Virus record (IMG/VR): IMGVR_UViG_3300030380_002666
Span: 1-53,714 of that record
Source of the DNA: a virus
Lineage: Duplodnaviria > Caudoviricetes
Length of the DNA stretch: 53,714 nt
Strand: one strand, 5' to 3'
Part shown: positions 10,396 to 19,845 of the stretch, one piece after another
How positions within the stretch are numbered: position 1 is the first letter of the stretch
Layout of the letters: the number at the start of each line of letters is the position of its first letter
Translations under genes and position numbers: made by a program
The notes under the pieces: model-generated
What the model was told of the DNA's origin: nothing
The model's database searches: none
The model's input: only the letters and a program-made list of their open reading frames with translations

Positions 10396-11021
10396 GAAAT
10401 GTAAATCTACCAAAAGCAAGGGTGTATGTAAGAAAAGATGCATGGGGTGGTCCAGATAATGAGTGGGAGAAGGCATGGCTAGTCTCTGTAAGGGCATTGA
10501 GAAACCGACCACTGTGCTTTCAAGTTTGGGTGGATGATTATGCTGCCTGCTACGATAAAGTGCCACCACACTGTATTTATTGGTTTAAGCCAGAGAGCGA
10601 ACATAAACCCTTACCTCTTCATAAAATACAGATGTGGGAGTGCTTATCCGGTGACATTGAGTTGTTTGTAAAAGCACAGCTACAAGACGTACCTATGGTT
10701 GTAAATATGGGTGGTGGTAAAATCGCTCAAGGACACTATTGGTTTACGTTAGATTGCATGCCTGAGAAGCAAGGTCTAGGTTACATGGACGTAGGTGACT
10801 CTGAGCTATTAGAGGAGCATAAAGAGATGAATGTTGTCAAGCTCACGAATGGTCAGATAGCAGTCTATCCTAACAATAGGTTAAAATGGTGTCCGATGTC
10901 ACTAGTCACAGAGGATGCTATCAAGAAGATTCCTGACTGGAAGGTTGCTGAGAATGCTCAGTGGGACGATTGGTGGCTTGACTCGGAGGAGCTTCTAGGG
11001 GATGCTGATTGGGCTTACTAA
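10392..11021 (+). CDS. Conserved marine-phage hypothetical protein
   Basis: ATGA overlap with the upstream stop sets the start at 10392. VYVRK..., YDKVP and LTNGQIAVYPNNR resemble a family I recall from marine phages; function unknown. Confidence 0.6.
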   Translation: MRNVNLPKARVYVRKDAWGGPDNEWEKAWLVSVRALRNRPLCFQVWVDDYAACYDKVPPHCIYWFKPESEHKPLPLHKIQMWECLSGDIELFVKAQLQDVPMVVNMGGGKIAQGHYWFTLDCMPEKQGLGYMDVGDSELLEEHKEMNVVKLTNGQIAVYPNNRLKWCPMSLVTEDAIKKIPDWKVAENAQWDDWWLDSEELLGDADWAY

Positions 11022-11030
11022 TCTAGTACA

Positions 11031-12164
11031 TTATACAAACTTTGTAAACCTAGCTATTTGTCCCTCTACAGGGTGGTGAAGAAATGATTCCATTGCTTTG
11101 GGGCTATCGTAACCAAACTTATGATGGTAGCTATCCGTTCCCGATATTGATCGTAGGTACTGTACTTGTACCTTATCTTGTATATCTTTCTCACTGCCAC
11201 GTATCATCATTACATCAGCTTGATCCTTACCTATTATCTTATTGTCTTGTTTTCTGATATGGTGGTGTAAGTGTCCAAGATACCAATAGCCAAACTTAGA
11301 CTTTGACCATGCATTCTTACATTCTCGTTTCATTAGGTCTACAAGGACATTATCTTTAGCTCCATCGCCATGACTAAAGCCTAGAAGGTTTAGACCATAC
11401 TGTACGTACTTACGATGCGATGGTGACGTATTGAATGTAATGTTGGTGTTGTTAGTATAGTATGCTTCAAGTGCCTTACTAAAATACCATCCAGCGTGGT
11501 AGTCGTGATTACTCATACAGTGGATGTACATCACATCAGCTTTCTGTAGTAGTAGGTTGATCATATCTATGTATGCAGTAAAGGCTGTATTAAACATATC
11601 ATAAAACATACCTGATGTATCTTGTGGTGTTCCCTTTGTTGTGCTGTTGGACATATCTGTATGCAAGACATCATTTCCCCCTACTATAATTATTTTGTCG
11701 ATAGGAAGCCCATCTACGTACTTCATCAAACCATTTACGCCTAGTCTAAATTTTTCTTTAGTCAACTCTAAATTATATTCAGATCCTGTCTCGTATGCTC
11801 TAGCTAGCTTTCCAAAGTGTGAGTCGGTTGGAGATATGCAATATAATAATGAGTTGTCTACTGCCGGTCTATCTATCTTATCAAACTTAGGAGCATAGTC
11901 CTTAATTGATAGTATTAAACCATCAGTTAGTTCGTTGAAATCAAGCTTGTCTTTCTTGGCAAATATCGAATAGTTCTTACCCTTGTACCAATAGTGTGAT
12001 ACGTCCTGTGGGTTGATACCCTGTGAAAGAACTTCATCGATCATACCATCTTTTGCTTGCATCCACGACTCAAATTCTACTTGCGTCAGATTCTTTCGGA
12101 AGAAGTCTGCGTATTCTGGGTTAAACCACTTTGGCATACGTGGTCTATTTGTCTTCTTTTTCAT
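11031..12164 (-). CDS. Calcineurin-like metallophosphoesterase
   Basis: Motifs DSHFG, GNDVLH, SNHD, HGD and GHLHH in order. Start set by the ATGA overlap at 12161-12164. Confidence 0.85.
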   Translation of the reverse strand: MKKKTNRPRMPKWFNPEYADFFRKNLTQVEFESWMQAKDGMIDEVLSQGINPQDVSHYWYKGKNYSIFAKKDKLDFNELTDGLILSIKDYAPKFDKIDRPAVDNSLLYCISPTDSHFGKLARAYETGSEYNLELTKEKFRLGVNGLMKYVDGLPIDKIIIVGGNDVLHTDMSNSTTKGTPQDTSGMFYDMFNTAFTAYIDMINLLLQKADVMYIHCMSNHDYHAGWYFSKALEAYYTNNTNITFNTSPSHRKYVQYGLNLLGFSHGDGAKDNVLVDLMKRECKNAWSKSKFGYWYLGHLHHHIRKQDNKIIGKDQADVMMIRGSEKDIQDKVQVQYLRSISGTDSYHHKFGYDSPKAMESFLHHPVEGQIARFTKFV

Positions 12165-12343
12165 TCTTTTGTTGATTCTAATAACATCTGTAAATCTGCA
12201 ATCATGCATACAATCTCTAGTGCTAGTTCATTGGTACTCCCATCGACTAGGTTTTCATAGATTGCGTTGAGCTTATTATGAAGCTCGTCCATAGTTCTAT
12301 TAATATAGATCAGCCGTTCCTTTTCATAAGCTGTTAGTTTCAC
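12161..12343 (-). CDS. Hypothetical protein (60 aa, helical)
   Basis: GTG start; fills the operon with overlaps at both ends. Confidence 0.6.
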   Translation of the reverse strand: MKLTAYEKERLIYINRTMDELHNKLNAIYENLVDGSTNELALEIVCMIADLQMLLESTKE

Positions 12344-12677
12344 GAGATGTTATTTGATTAATGGTTTGTTTTGTCAAGACATAGTCCAAGTACTCATCTG
12401 TTGATGTTTGAACTATCTCCAAAAAATAGGGTTTGCTGTTTTTTTCTTTAAGAACTGTTATTTCAAAAAACAAAGGCGTATCCTCGTGGGACACACCTCC
12501 GTAAGTTTGTAGTTCTCCTTTTTTGTTTGGTAGGTTATGGCAGAGGTCCTTCATCTGCATTAAGATGTCGTAAATGTATTGATCTCCTAGTATTTCTAGT
12601 TCATCTATAAACGACTCTTCTGTTTCAAAGATAATGCTACCCTCTGAATACTTCAGTTTTAAATCCATGTTCATCAA
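12324..12677 (-). CDS. Hypothetical acidic protein
   Basis: ORF track; co-oriented and overlapping its neighbours. Confidence 0.6.
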   Translation of the reverse strand: MMNMDLKLKYSEGSIIFETEESFIDELEILGDQYIYDILMQMKDLCHNLPNKKGELQTYGGVSHEDTPLFFEITVLKEKNSKPYFLEIVQTSTDEYLDYVLTKQTINQITSRETNSL

Positions 12678-12879
12678 GTTGTTTTAATCGGTACTCTTGA
12701 AGCTTAGACAACTTTCCCTTTGGTGTCTTTACTTCACTAAATAGAACGCATTGGCAGTCTTTTTTTATTGCCACCAAATCGGGAATTCCATTTTTATTAG
12801 TCTGTATGAGCTTGATTACGTAGTAGCCGTCAGCTTCTAATTGCTTGATTCTTTTCGATTGGATTTTTTGCTCAGTCAT
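12637..12879 (-). CDS. VRR-NUC domain nuclease (PD-(D/E)xK)
   Basis: EQKIQ..., GIPDL, EVKTPKGKLSKLQ; adjacent to an SF2 helicase. Confidence 0.85.
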   Translation of the reverse strand: MTEQKIQSKRIKQLEADGYYVIKLIQTNKNGIPDLVAIKKDCQCVLFSEVKTPKGKLSKLQEYRLKQLDEHGFKTEVFRG

Positions 12880-12880
12880 A

Positions 12881-14113
12881 TTACAAATCTAAGAAATCTC
12901 TACGAAAATGTTTTAACGTATAATCCTTTTTATTTGTTACACTTTTATAAATATCTTTTTCAATTCCTCCAATTGAAAATATCCAATATATTTTATTGTG
13001 TTTCCGATCCTTAGTTGTCATACGATCTCGTGCCTGCCAATATGATGTAGCACTGAAGTCTATATTATAGAATACCAAGTATTTAGCTTTACTTAGTTTT
13101 GTTCCTTCACGACCAGATACAATCTGAAGAGCAATGTTCTTATCTGTATTATCAAACTCATGTATCTCTGTACATAGATTATCTCCAAATACCGTCTTCA
13201 GTGCATCTAGTTCAGCCTTGAACTTATAGAATATTCCTATCTTCTTACCTTTGAAGTAGTCCTTTATAAATTGAGCCTTGAATGTATCAATAACTGTTGC
13301 TGATTTATTTTCAAACTTGACAGTCCCTGAGCATAGCTGGTGTGTTTTCTGCATCAGCTTTACAGGCGTGTCAGCAAGGACGTACTTGTCATCGATGGTA
13401 ATGACCAAGTCCTTCTTCAGCTCCTTAACGTATTCCTCAACGATTGGGTTTGGGCGAACCCATAGCACCTCCTCCTCTACGCTAGAGTCGAACCCCGCCT
13501 CCTGTTGTGTGTAGTTTATGGTGTAGGGTTTCATCTTGTTCACTATGTCCATCTTTCCATCGTCATAGTTATTTATTGTTCTACCATTTATTACTCTTTG
13601 TTTCTTGTTGACATACACATCTGCAAATCGATAGAAGTTTCTAAAGTTCTTAAATGGATTTTTTAATATACCATATACCTGATGATACATCTGCGAGTAT
13701 GACTCTGGAGTTGGCGTTCCCGACATAAGGATAACCAGTGGTCTATGTTTGCGTATAAGTTCAGCAACTTTCTTTGATCTACCAGATGGTTTAGGATACG
13801 CACCTATTGAGTGAGCCTCATCAACTATTATAAAGTCAAACTGTACCTTATCCGGCAGCTTGTGTAATGACTCATAATTTCTAATAAAGGTCACATACGA
13901 TGGGCATAGCTTTGATACGTCATCTTCGATTGATGATATTGCTTTCTTTTTTGTTATGAACAGTAGATTTCTGCATCCCATCGCTTCAGCTATACCTAGG
14001 GATGTTAGGGTTTTTCCAGTTCTAACTTGCATTGCCAAGTAAAGAAAACTATACTTATTAATTATGTTAACACCTTTTTTAATTATCTCTTTTTGATAGT
14101 CTCTAAATTCCAT
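12881..14113 (-). CDS. Superfamily 2 (SNF2-like) helicase
   Basis: Q motif RDYQ, Walker A RTGKT, DEAH, SGTP and motif VI QARDR. Confidence 0.9.
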   Translation of the reverse strand: MEFRDYQKEIIKKGVNIINKYSFLYLAMQVRTGKTLTSLGIAEAMGCRNLLFITKKKAISSIEDDVSKLCPSYVTFIRNYESLHKLPDKVQFDFIIVDEAHSIGAYPKPSGRSKKVAELIRKHRPLVILMSGTPTPESYSQMYHQVYGILKNPFKNFRNFYRFADVYVNKKQRVINGRTINNYDDGKMDIVNKMKPYTINYTQQEAGFDSSVEEEVLWVRPNPIVEEYVKELKKDLVITIDDKYVLADTPVKLMQKTHQLCSGTVKFENKSATVIDTFKAQFIKDYFKGKKIGIFYKFKAELDALKTVFGDNLCTEIHEFDNTDKNIALQIVSGREGTKLSKAKYLVFYNIDFSATSYWQARDRMTTKDRKHNKIYWIFSIGGIEKDIYKSVTNKKDYTLKHFRRDFLDL

Positions 14114-14435
14114 GTATATCTTCTTTTACGTATTTAATTATTTCTTCAAATATATTTATAGCCTCTTCTTTAGTAAGCCTTATTTTAAAATGGCTCAAGG
14201 TGTCCGTGTACTCCACAGAAAGCCCAGTGTCATTAGGCTCTAGTGAAAAATGCTTACGACTGTCTGTTGTTAGTATTACTTTCTTTTTCATTTCTGTATG
14301 TTTATGTATTATTTCATTTCCTTCCATTTCAAAGTAAACAATAGTTGAAGTGAAGGCAATAAATATCAATGATCCTACTAGTATCAATCCATATACTATA
14401 TCTTTTGCATCCATCTGATTAAATTTTAGTAACAT
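14103..14435 (-). CDS. Hypothetical protein with an N-terminal transmembrane segment
   Basis: Hydrophobic stretch IVYGLILVGSLIFIAFTSTIVYF; start uncertain. Confidence 0.5.
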   Translation of the reverse strand: MLLKFNQMDAKDIVYGLILVGSLIFIAFTSTIVYFEMEGNEIIHKHTEMKKKVILTTDSRKHFSLEPNDTGLSVEYTDTLSHFKIRLTKEEAINIFEEIIKYVKEDIHGI

Positions 14436-14617
14436 AAATTAATTTCTCTCTCGGTATAAACAACAGTGTCATATCCCTCACCTTCCCAGCTGTACTGAAT
14501 AGGTACGTCAGTCAGAGGTACGTGTCTAACCTCCTTCCGAATATTGTACTCCTTAAACATCAGTAGGATGATAAGAGACATAATCAATGCCGTTAGTAGT
14601 AGTGCTTTTTTATTCAT
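14426..14617 (-). CDS. Small membrane-anchored hypothetical protein
   Basis: Signal/TM segment MNKKALLLTALIMSLIILLMF; start moved to 14617. Confidence 0.5.
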   Translation of the reverse strand: MNKKALLLTALIMSLIILLMFKEYNIRKEVRHVPLTDVPIQYSWEGEGYDTVVYTEREINLCY

Positions 14618-17000
14618 CTTTCCTAAATATAATCCATCGCCCAATCGTATCCCTTCCTTCCTCTAAAGGTTTGTTTGTGCTAAACGAAGAGAATGATTTA
14701 AGCCATTTATAAAATCTTGTTCTACTAATAGTCATCTTTGCCTTGGGTGCGTAGTCAGGATACTCGTCAATAAATTTATTATACAAATCGTGCTTGTATA
14801 TCCTTGTGTCAAACTGTAAAAGATCGCAACCAACCTGACCCTCAATAAGACCACACCACTCAATGAAATCGTGAGTTGTTTCTGCTGATAACTGTCGAAT
14901 TTTTAAATTTACAAACGAACTTTCTTTTAAACCATTAGTCATGTAGTACTGTAAACACTGTATCATATAGTTATCAAACTGACACCAATCATCCTCACTC
15001 CAATCACCAAACATTAACCTACCAAACTCATCCAAAGGTGTGTATGCTTTGTTGTAGTGCTGATGTAGTTCTAACTCCCATTTACGTCTAGCAAATGAAT
15101 TACCTGCACCACGAATAGCATAGTTTGTAGTGATAGCTATCTTTGGTGACTTAGAGAATGGTATCTTGATTGCATCCTTATTCTTTTTCTCTAGTGTCAA
15201 ACCCTCTGTTACGACACTGAATAGACGCTCAAAGTCAAAGTTCTTTTTAACATCATCAAATACTAGTATCTGTGTATCTGCTGACACTAGCTGATATGCG
15301 AATGACTTCTCAAAGTTAAAGGACTTGCCATCAATAGTAACTACTTTCTTCATGTGACCAAGTGCATTCATAAAAAGTCCCTTACCTGTACCTCCTTCAG
15401 GGTTATCTGATATAACCTCATCGTTAAGTATCACAGCTGGGCAGAATGATTGATTCTTGTGACCATGCATCAGAAATCCAATCGTAGATTCCATTGATGT
15501 AATACGTGTCTCGCTTCCTCCACATATATTATTTACAAATTTCTTGTAGTCACAATCACCAACCTTGCACATCTTAAAGCTACGATCAATAACGTGGTCC
15601 TTCCAAACGTATCCTCCTAAATCAAAGTAATCAATTGATTCTACGGATGTCTTTGTTATTTTTACTGCACAGTTTCGATAGTATAAATACGCAGTGTCCT
15701 TAGTGTCCTCAATAAAGTATATGTCTATAGTTGATAGTAGAGACAGAAAGTCTTCCTTGAAAAATCGTGTCTTATCAGCAAAATAGTTATACACAAAGCT
15801 ATCTCCTAAGTCAATTAAGTAGTTTAACACAAAGTCTTTTATCTCTTTCTCTGAAGTATGGTCGATTAGGTTGTTAGTTACCTTTACAAATACATAGTTC
15901 CTACCACCCTCTGGACAGAACTTATAGAAACCATTCTCTTCTAAAAAGTTTTTAAATGCGATGTGTACGATTGATACATTTCCTTTCTTTGTTATGACCC
16001 AAAACTGTTGATTTTTTTGCTCGTTCTCTAGCGTGTCTATAACGTTGTCTACGGCTTCCCCATCTATATTTTTTTTTTCAAACTCCATCTTCACCTCTCT
16101 ACGACTGTATCCTTTCTTGCGTAGATTACGAACGTATGTTACTAACTCATCGTCTTCGTAATACTTGGTATTGAACTTTGCTGTGTTACTATATGCTGAC
16201 TCGATAGTTCTGTCTATCTCTCTACGACTAAATCCATTAGATTCATATTGATGTAAAATAAACTGGGCAAGAGACCGGCTGACACCATACTCATTGAGAG
16301 CCATTGCAAGTATGTAGCAGTTTTGATTACGCTGTCCTTCTGTCATAGGATACTTTCGCTCCCACCATTTTATGAGGATATCAACGATTTTGTTCTCATC
16401 TGTTATTGGTATCGTTCTTTTTTCTGTGACTGTAACTTCCTTGTACTCAATGTCAGCTAGGATATCCCAAGTGTTTGAATTCTCGTTTATATGTATCAAT
16501 GGATCGTATGACTCATAGCATACACGAGATATATCCTTACATGACTTATCAAAATACTTAGAGTCAAAGTACGCCTCTAGCCCCTTGAAATAATTTACAT
16601 GATTTTCTTCTTCCTCTGGTATTTTGACGATAACCTTTAGACCATTACCAGATGGAGATATAAAACAAGCATATACATACTTGTCTTTTGTGAATCTCTC
16701 TTTATCAATTAATAGATCCTTCTGTTTCTCATATCCATCAAAGTCTAGGCATATAAATCCACTGTGTTCTTCTATAGATTCTGAGTTTCTTTTATTGAAT
16801 TTACCACTAAAACATACGGCAGGTAACCCCTTTTTTAGTTCTTGTCTCTTGGCTTTGTCTTTACATTTTCTGATGTCTTTAATCCTATTTTTGGATGCAC
16901 CAGTCTTAATTCTTTCAAGGACAAACGATATGTTTTTATGGAAGGGAGTATTAACTTCCTTTATATTTTTAAAGATTGTGACGATTTTCGACATTTTCAT
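14610..17000 (-). CDS. Primase-helicase (VirE-N/BT4734-like primase domain, PriCT-like domain, P-loop helicase)
   Basis: SGFICLDFD, SPSGNGLK and DISRVCYESYD in the N-terminus; GQRN; Walker A GGTGKG, Walker B VFDD and ITTN. Confidence 0.88.
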   Translation of the reverse strand: MKMSKIVTIFKNIKEVNTPFHKNISFVLERIKTGASKNRIKDIRKCKDKAKRQELKKGLPAVCFSGKFNKRNSESIEEHSGFICLDFDGYEKQKDLLIDKERFTKDKYVYACFISPSGNGLKVIVKIPEEEENHVNYFKGLEAYFDSKYFDKSCKDISRVCYESYDPLIHINENSNTWDILADIEYKEVTVTEKRTIPITDENKIVDILIKWWERKYPMTEGQRNQNCYILAMALNEYGVSRSLAQFILHQYESNGFSRREIDRTIESAYSNTAKFNTKYYEDDELVTYVRNLRKKGYSRREVKMEFEKKNIDGEAVDNVIDTLENEQKNQQFWVITKKGNVSIVHIAFKNFLEENGFYKFCPEGGRNYVFVKVTNNLIDHTSEKEIKDFVLNYLIDLGDSFVYNYFADKTRFFKEDFLSLLSTIDIYFIEDTKDTAYLYYRNCAVKITKTSVESIDYFDLGGYVWKDHVIDRSFKMCKVGDCDYKKFVNNICGGSETRITSMESTIGFLMHGHKNQSFCPAVILNDEVISDNPEGGTGKGLFMNALGHMKKVVTIDGKSFNFEKSFAYQLVSADTQILVFDDVKKNFDFERLFSVVTEGLTLEKKNKDAIKIPFSKSPKIAITTNYAIRGAGNSFARRKWELELHQHYNKAYTPLDEFGRLMFGDWSEDDWCQFDNYMIQCLQYYMTNGLKESSFVNLKIRQLSAETTHDFIEWCGLIEGQVGCDLLQFDTRIYKHDLYNKFIDEYPDYAPKAKMTISRTRFYKWLKSFSSFSTNKPLEEGRDTIGRWIIFRKDE

Positions 17001-17031
17001 TCCGATTTTACGACGTTTAACTTATTGGTTT

Positions 17032-17135
17032 TCAATATACTGTCAATTATGACGATTTTTTCTTCACGGGAAGTATAAATAAAAATAAAAAAAAGAATAG
17101 TAAATAGAGAAAGAGTAAGGAGGAGAATTTTCGTC
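17032..17135. repeat. ~100-bp non-coding element, copy 1 (homologous to 31819-31918)
   Basis: ACTGTCAATTATG(A/T)CGATTTTT...GAAGTATAA.TAAA...AGAA.AGTAA...AGAGTA...GAGAA..TTTCGT aligns between the two loci. Confidence 0.8.
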
Positions 17136-17141
17136 TCCTCC
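17102..17141 (-). terminator. Probable intrinsic terminator after ssb
   Basis: Stem GGAGGAGA/TCTCCTCC (17119-17141) followed on the minus strand by a pyrimidine-rich tail. Confidence 0.55.
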
Positions 17142-17151
17142 GTCACTCGTC

Positions 17152-17391
17152 TTAGAAAGGGAAATCATCTTCCTCTTCTTTCTTCTTTGGTTTGTACGTG
17201 TCAACAGATACGTGATGTGTTTTACCGTACTGATCCTCTTCTCTCTTCTTACCGACCTTTAGCTTGATGTACTTCTTGCTATTGTACTCGAACATAAACT
17301 CTTTTGGTAGGTCAGATAGGCATACTGATATCTCTACCAGGTCTCCATCGAATTTTTCGACACCACTGCCGACATAAATTTTCTCACTCAT
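17152..17391 (-). CDS. ssb: Single-stranded DNA-binding protein
   Basis: Short beta-rich protein with acidic tail EEEDDFPF, next to recombination genes; start MSEKIY at 17391. Confidence 0.7.
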   Translation of the reverse strand: MSEKIYVGSGVEKFDGDLVEISVCLSDLPKEFMFEYNSKKYIKLKVGKKREEDQYGKTHHVSVDTYKPKKKEEEDDFPF

Positions 17392-17477
17392 GTTTTGAAA
17401 TTTTGATTGTAAAGAAATAAAAATATTAAACTGACTATTCATACCACTAAGGGGTAGAAAGTCTCTTAGAATTAAAA

Positions 17478-18200
17478 TTAGAGGGTATCTGTGACGTAAT
17501 ACGAGTTGATATCCTCTTCAGAATCCGGTCCAAAGAAACGATTGTACACTTCAACCGCTCTTTTTACCTTTTCCTCTCCGCCTGCAATGAACTCATCAGA
17601 GCAATTGAATGAGCCGGTCTGCAATGTCTCCTTGCATACAACTAAAAACGTCATTGGTTTATCAAATAACTGTTGATATATGTACGCTTGACTATCGTAG
17701 TTGTAACGTCTAGCACTGTACCTAAACTCCTTGATATTACGTGTAGTCTTTAGGTCGTAGATGTCTGTCTCTGTTACGATATCAGCCTTTCCTTTCCACT
17801 GTACACCAAAAAACTCTCCAATGGCAGGTACTTCATGCTCAGATCCAATTATTAAACTCCAAAAATCAAAGTTACCATTGACTGCATCAACATATCCATT
17901 CACTTCATTAACATCTTTAGTTAGCAGCATAAATGGAGTGTCATCATTTAATGCCTCCTTGTACTTCTTAGTGTTTCGACTGCTCACATCAATAGAAGGA
18001 AAGTCATTTACCTTGTCAGGCTCAAGTAGCATCTCATGGAATAGCCTACCTTTTGCTAGGTTGACATCGTCTTCACGAGATACACCAAAAAGTTTTGGAT
18101 TATTAAGTAATGCTCCAATGTCGGAGTTTGACAGGTACTGCTTACCCACTCCATGGTAGTACTCATTGTTGTCTTTCAGTTTATTTAGAATTGTACTCAT
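17478..18200 (-). CDS. RecE/exonuclease VIII-like PD-(D/E)xK nuclease
   Basis: EYYH...YLSNS, GRLFH.MLLEP, KGKAD, DLKTT and YDSQAYIY. Confidence 0.85.
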   Translation of the reverse strand: MSTILNKLKDNNEYYHGVGKQYLSNSDIGALLNNPKLFGVSREDDVNLAKGRLFHEMLLEPDKVNDFPSIDVSSRNTKKYKEALNDDTPFMLLTKDVNEVNGYVDAVNGNFDFWSLIIGSEHEVPAIGEFFGVQWKGKADIVTETDIYDLKTTRNIKEFRYSARRYNYDSQAYIYQQLFDKPMTFLVVCKETLQTGSFNCSDEFIAGGEEKVKRAVEVYNRFFGPDSEEDINSYYVTDTL

Positions 18201-18768
18201 CTTCAATGTGCTTTTTTAGTGATGCTGAAATAAAGTATCCTTTCTGAAGGGTACTGATGACCTGCTCTAGAGACATCTTGTCTTTGTTCTTGCTAATCCA
18301 AGGTACAATCTTGTCCTTCCAAGCCTTGTCTCCTTTCTTAGGGCGAGTCTTCTCTGTAGTCTTTGATGTATGTTTAGCTTGGTCTACCTTAGTGTCCTCG
18401 CCCATCCAAAGATTAATACCTAACCCATGTAGTGCAATAGCCTTGGCTGTACACCTCTGAATAGTTTTAATAGCATCAAACGATGTAATCTTCTCCAGTG
18501 TTATTGATTGGTTTCTGTAGTCCATGATAGGCAGATGCTCAGTGTGTGACAATCCATCTACAGTTACCTTAACTGTAACCCATGCAGTCCTTCCATCGTG
18601 ATTATACAAGCAATTATTTGAATGCTCATCTAAAATAACTTCACGTTGTGCATCGGGATACATGGTCTTTAATTGATTCCATGCATTCGCCCATGATAAG
18701 TAATCTTGCTTACCCTTTTTTTCAATGAGGTGATTTATGTCTACCTGCCTCAATTTGTTGTAACTCAT
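18181..18768 (-). CDS. sak: Sak (Rad52-like) single-strand annealing protein
   Basis: EKKG..DYLSWANAW, LPIMDYRN and IQRCTAKAIALHGLGINLW.GED. Confidence 0.88.
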   Translation of the reverse strand: MSYNKLRQVDINHLIEKKGKQDYLSWANAWNQLKTMYPDAQREVILDEHSNNCLYNHDGRTAWVTVKVTVDGLSHTEHLPIMDYRNQSITLEKITSFDAIKTIQRCTAKAIALHGLGINLWMGEDTKVDQAKHTSKTTEKTRPKKGDKAWKDKIVPWISKNKDKMSLEQVISTLQKGYFISASLKKHIEDEYNSK

Positions 18769-19108
18769 CTTTTAACTTTTTGATTTTGTTTTGAAATAAT
18801 TTTACTCTTCTACCGTTGGTTGGTTCCTGATGCATGAGTCGTATCTTGTCACGAATGTTTCGTTTTAGATTAGCGATCTGTACTGACTGCACACCAGCTT
18901 CCCATCCTTCAGCTTCGAATACTTTGTACTGTTCTTTAGTTACCTCCTTGTAGAAATCTCCACCAAGGGACGTATTGTATATTTTTACTTCTTGAGTATC
19001 ATTGTCTCTTACAATTTTAACTCCTTTTACCAAACGTCCTTGGTATCCAAATCCATCTAAAGGTATTGAGCGTAAATTACACGCTTGATTCCATACTTCT
19101 TCAAACAT
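18722..19108 (-). CDS. Hypothetical protein
   Basis: ORF track; operon context. Confidence 0.65.
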   Translation of the reverse strand: MFEEVWNQACNLRSIPLDGFGYQGRLVKGVKIVRDNDTQEVKIYNTSLGGDFYKEVTKEQYKVFEAEGWEAGVQSVQIANLKRNIRDKIRLMHQEPTNGRRVKLFQNKIKKLKDELQQIEAGRHKSPH

Positions 19109-19394
19109 TATTCTCTATTCTTTCCATTAAACGAATGTAATCATCATCTTCACTTATTCGAGTGTTACGTCTTATTGAATTTGTGATTGCAGTGTAGCTT
19201 ATTCCAGCACCTCTCATGTTACACAATCGTTGAATAGCTGTCTTACGCATACCTCGTCTATCGCACAAAGCAAATAACAATGCTCTAGCATCAGTGATAT
19301 ACCTGTCTTTTGATTTTGAGAATAATTCATCTTGGGAGACTCCCATTTTTTTGCATACAGCTTCAGTGTATGACTCAAAGATTTCTAACTTCAT
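19101..19394 (-). CDS. DnaA domain-IV-like helix-turn-helix protein
   Basis: EAVCKKMGVSQDELFSKSKDRYITDARALLFAL resembles the DnaA C-terminal DNA-binding domain pattern. Confidence 0.7.
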   Translation of the reverse strand: MKLEIFESYTEAVCKKMGVSQDELFSKSKDRYITDARALLFALCDRRGMRKTAIQRLCNMRGAGISYTAITNSIRRNTRISEDDDYIRLMERIENNV

Positions 19395-19432
19395 TTTAAA
19401 TACGTTTTGTTATAATATATTATACGATTTAT

Positions 19433-19594
19433 CTACTGTAATGTTTCGTTTATTATACTTATTATTTGATTTTTTGTATACATCTTTGCATTGGGTGTAT
19501 ACGATAAGTGAACACCCTTGTCAGAGACATAAACCCTCCTGACCTTATACTTTCGCATAATGTTCAGGAGAGTATGTGGATTAATTTTTTCCAT
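19433..19594 (-). CDS. Small hypothetical protein (53 aa; not in ORF track)
   Basis: Read by hand: MEKINPHTLLNIMRKYKVRRVY...INETLQ*; overlaps the upstream stop. Confidence 0.5.
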   Translation of the reverse strand: MEKINPHTLLNIMRKYKVRRVYVSDKGVHLSYTPNAKMYTKNQIISIINETLQ

Positions 19595-19838
19595 GATCTC
19601 TGTTAACTAAATCAAAGACTGCTTCCTTGGCTTGAAACTCATCACTTACACGAGAAGATATAATCTCAATGTCATTGTGTTTTTCAAACTCTTCAATGTA
19701 CTCATCAATTGCATCAACCAATAACTTCTCTCCGAATGTATTCTCGTCATCTTCGACAAGCTTTGTTCGTGTGAACTTTAAGAAATAGTAAATTGATGAA
19801 GCGTTTAACTCGCTGATAAATAAAGGTACTTTTGCCAT
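19581..19838 (-). CDS. Hypothetical acidic protein
   Basis: Start MAKVPL at 19838 behind an A-rich leader (AAAACAGTATG). Confidence 0.6.
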   Translation of the reverse strand: MAKVPLFISELNASSIYYFLKFTRTKLVEDDENTFGEKLLVDAIDEYIEEFEKHNDIEIISSRVSDEFQAKEAVFDLVNRDHGKN

Positions 19839-19845
19839 ACTGTTT

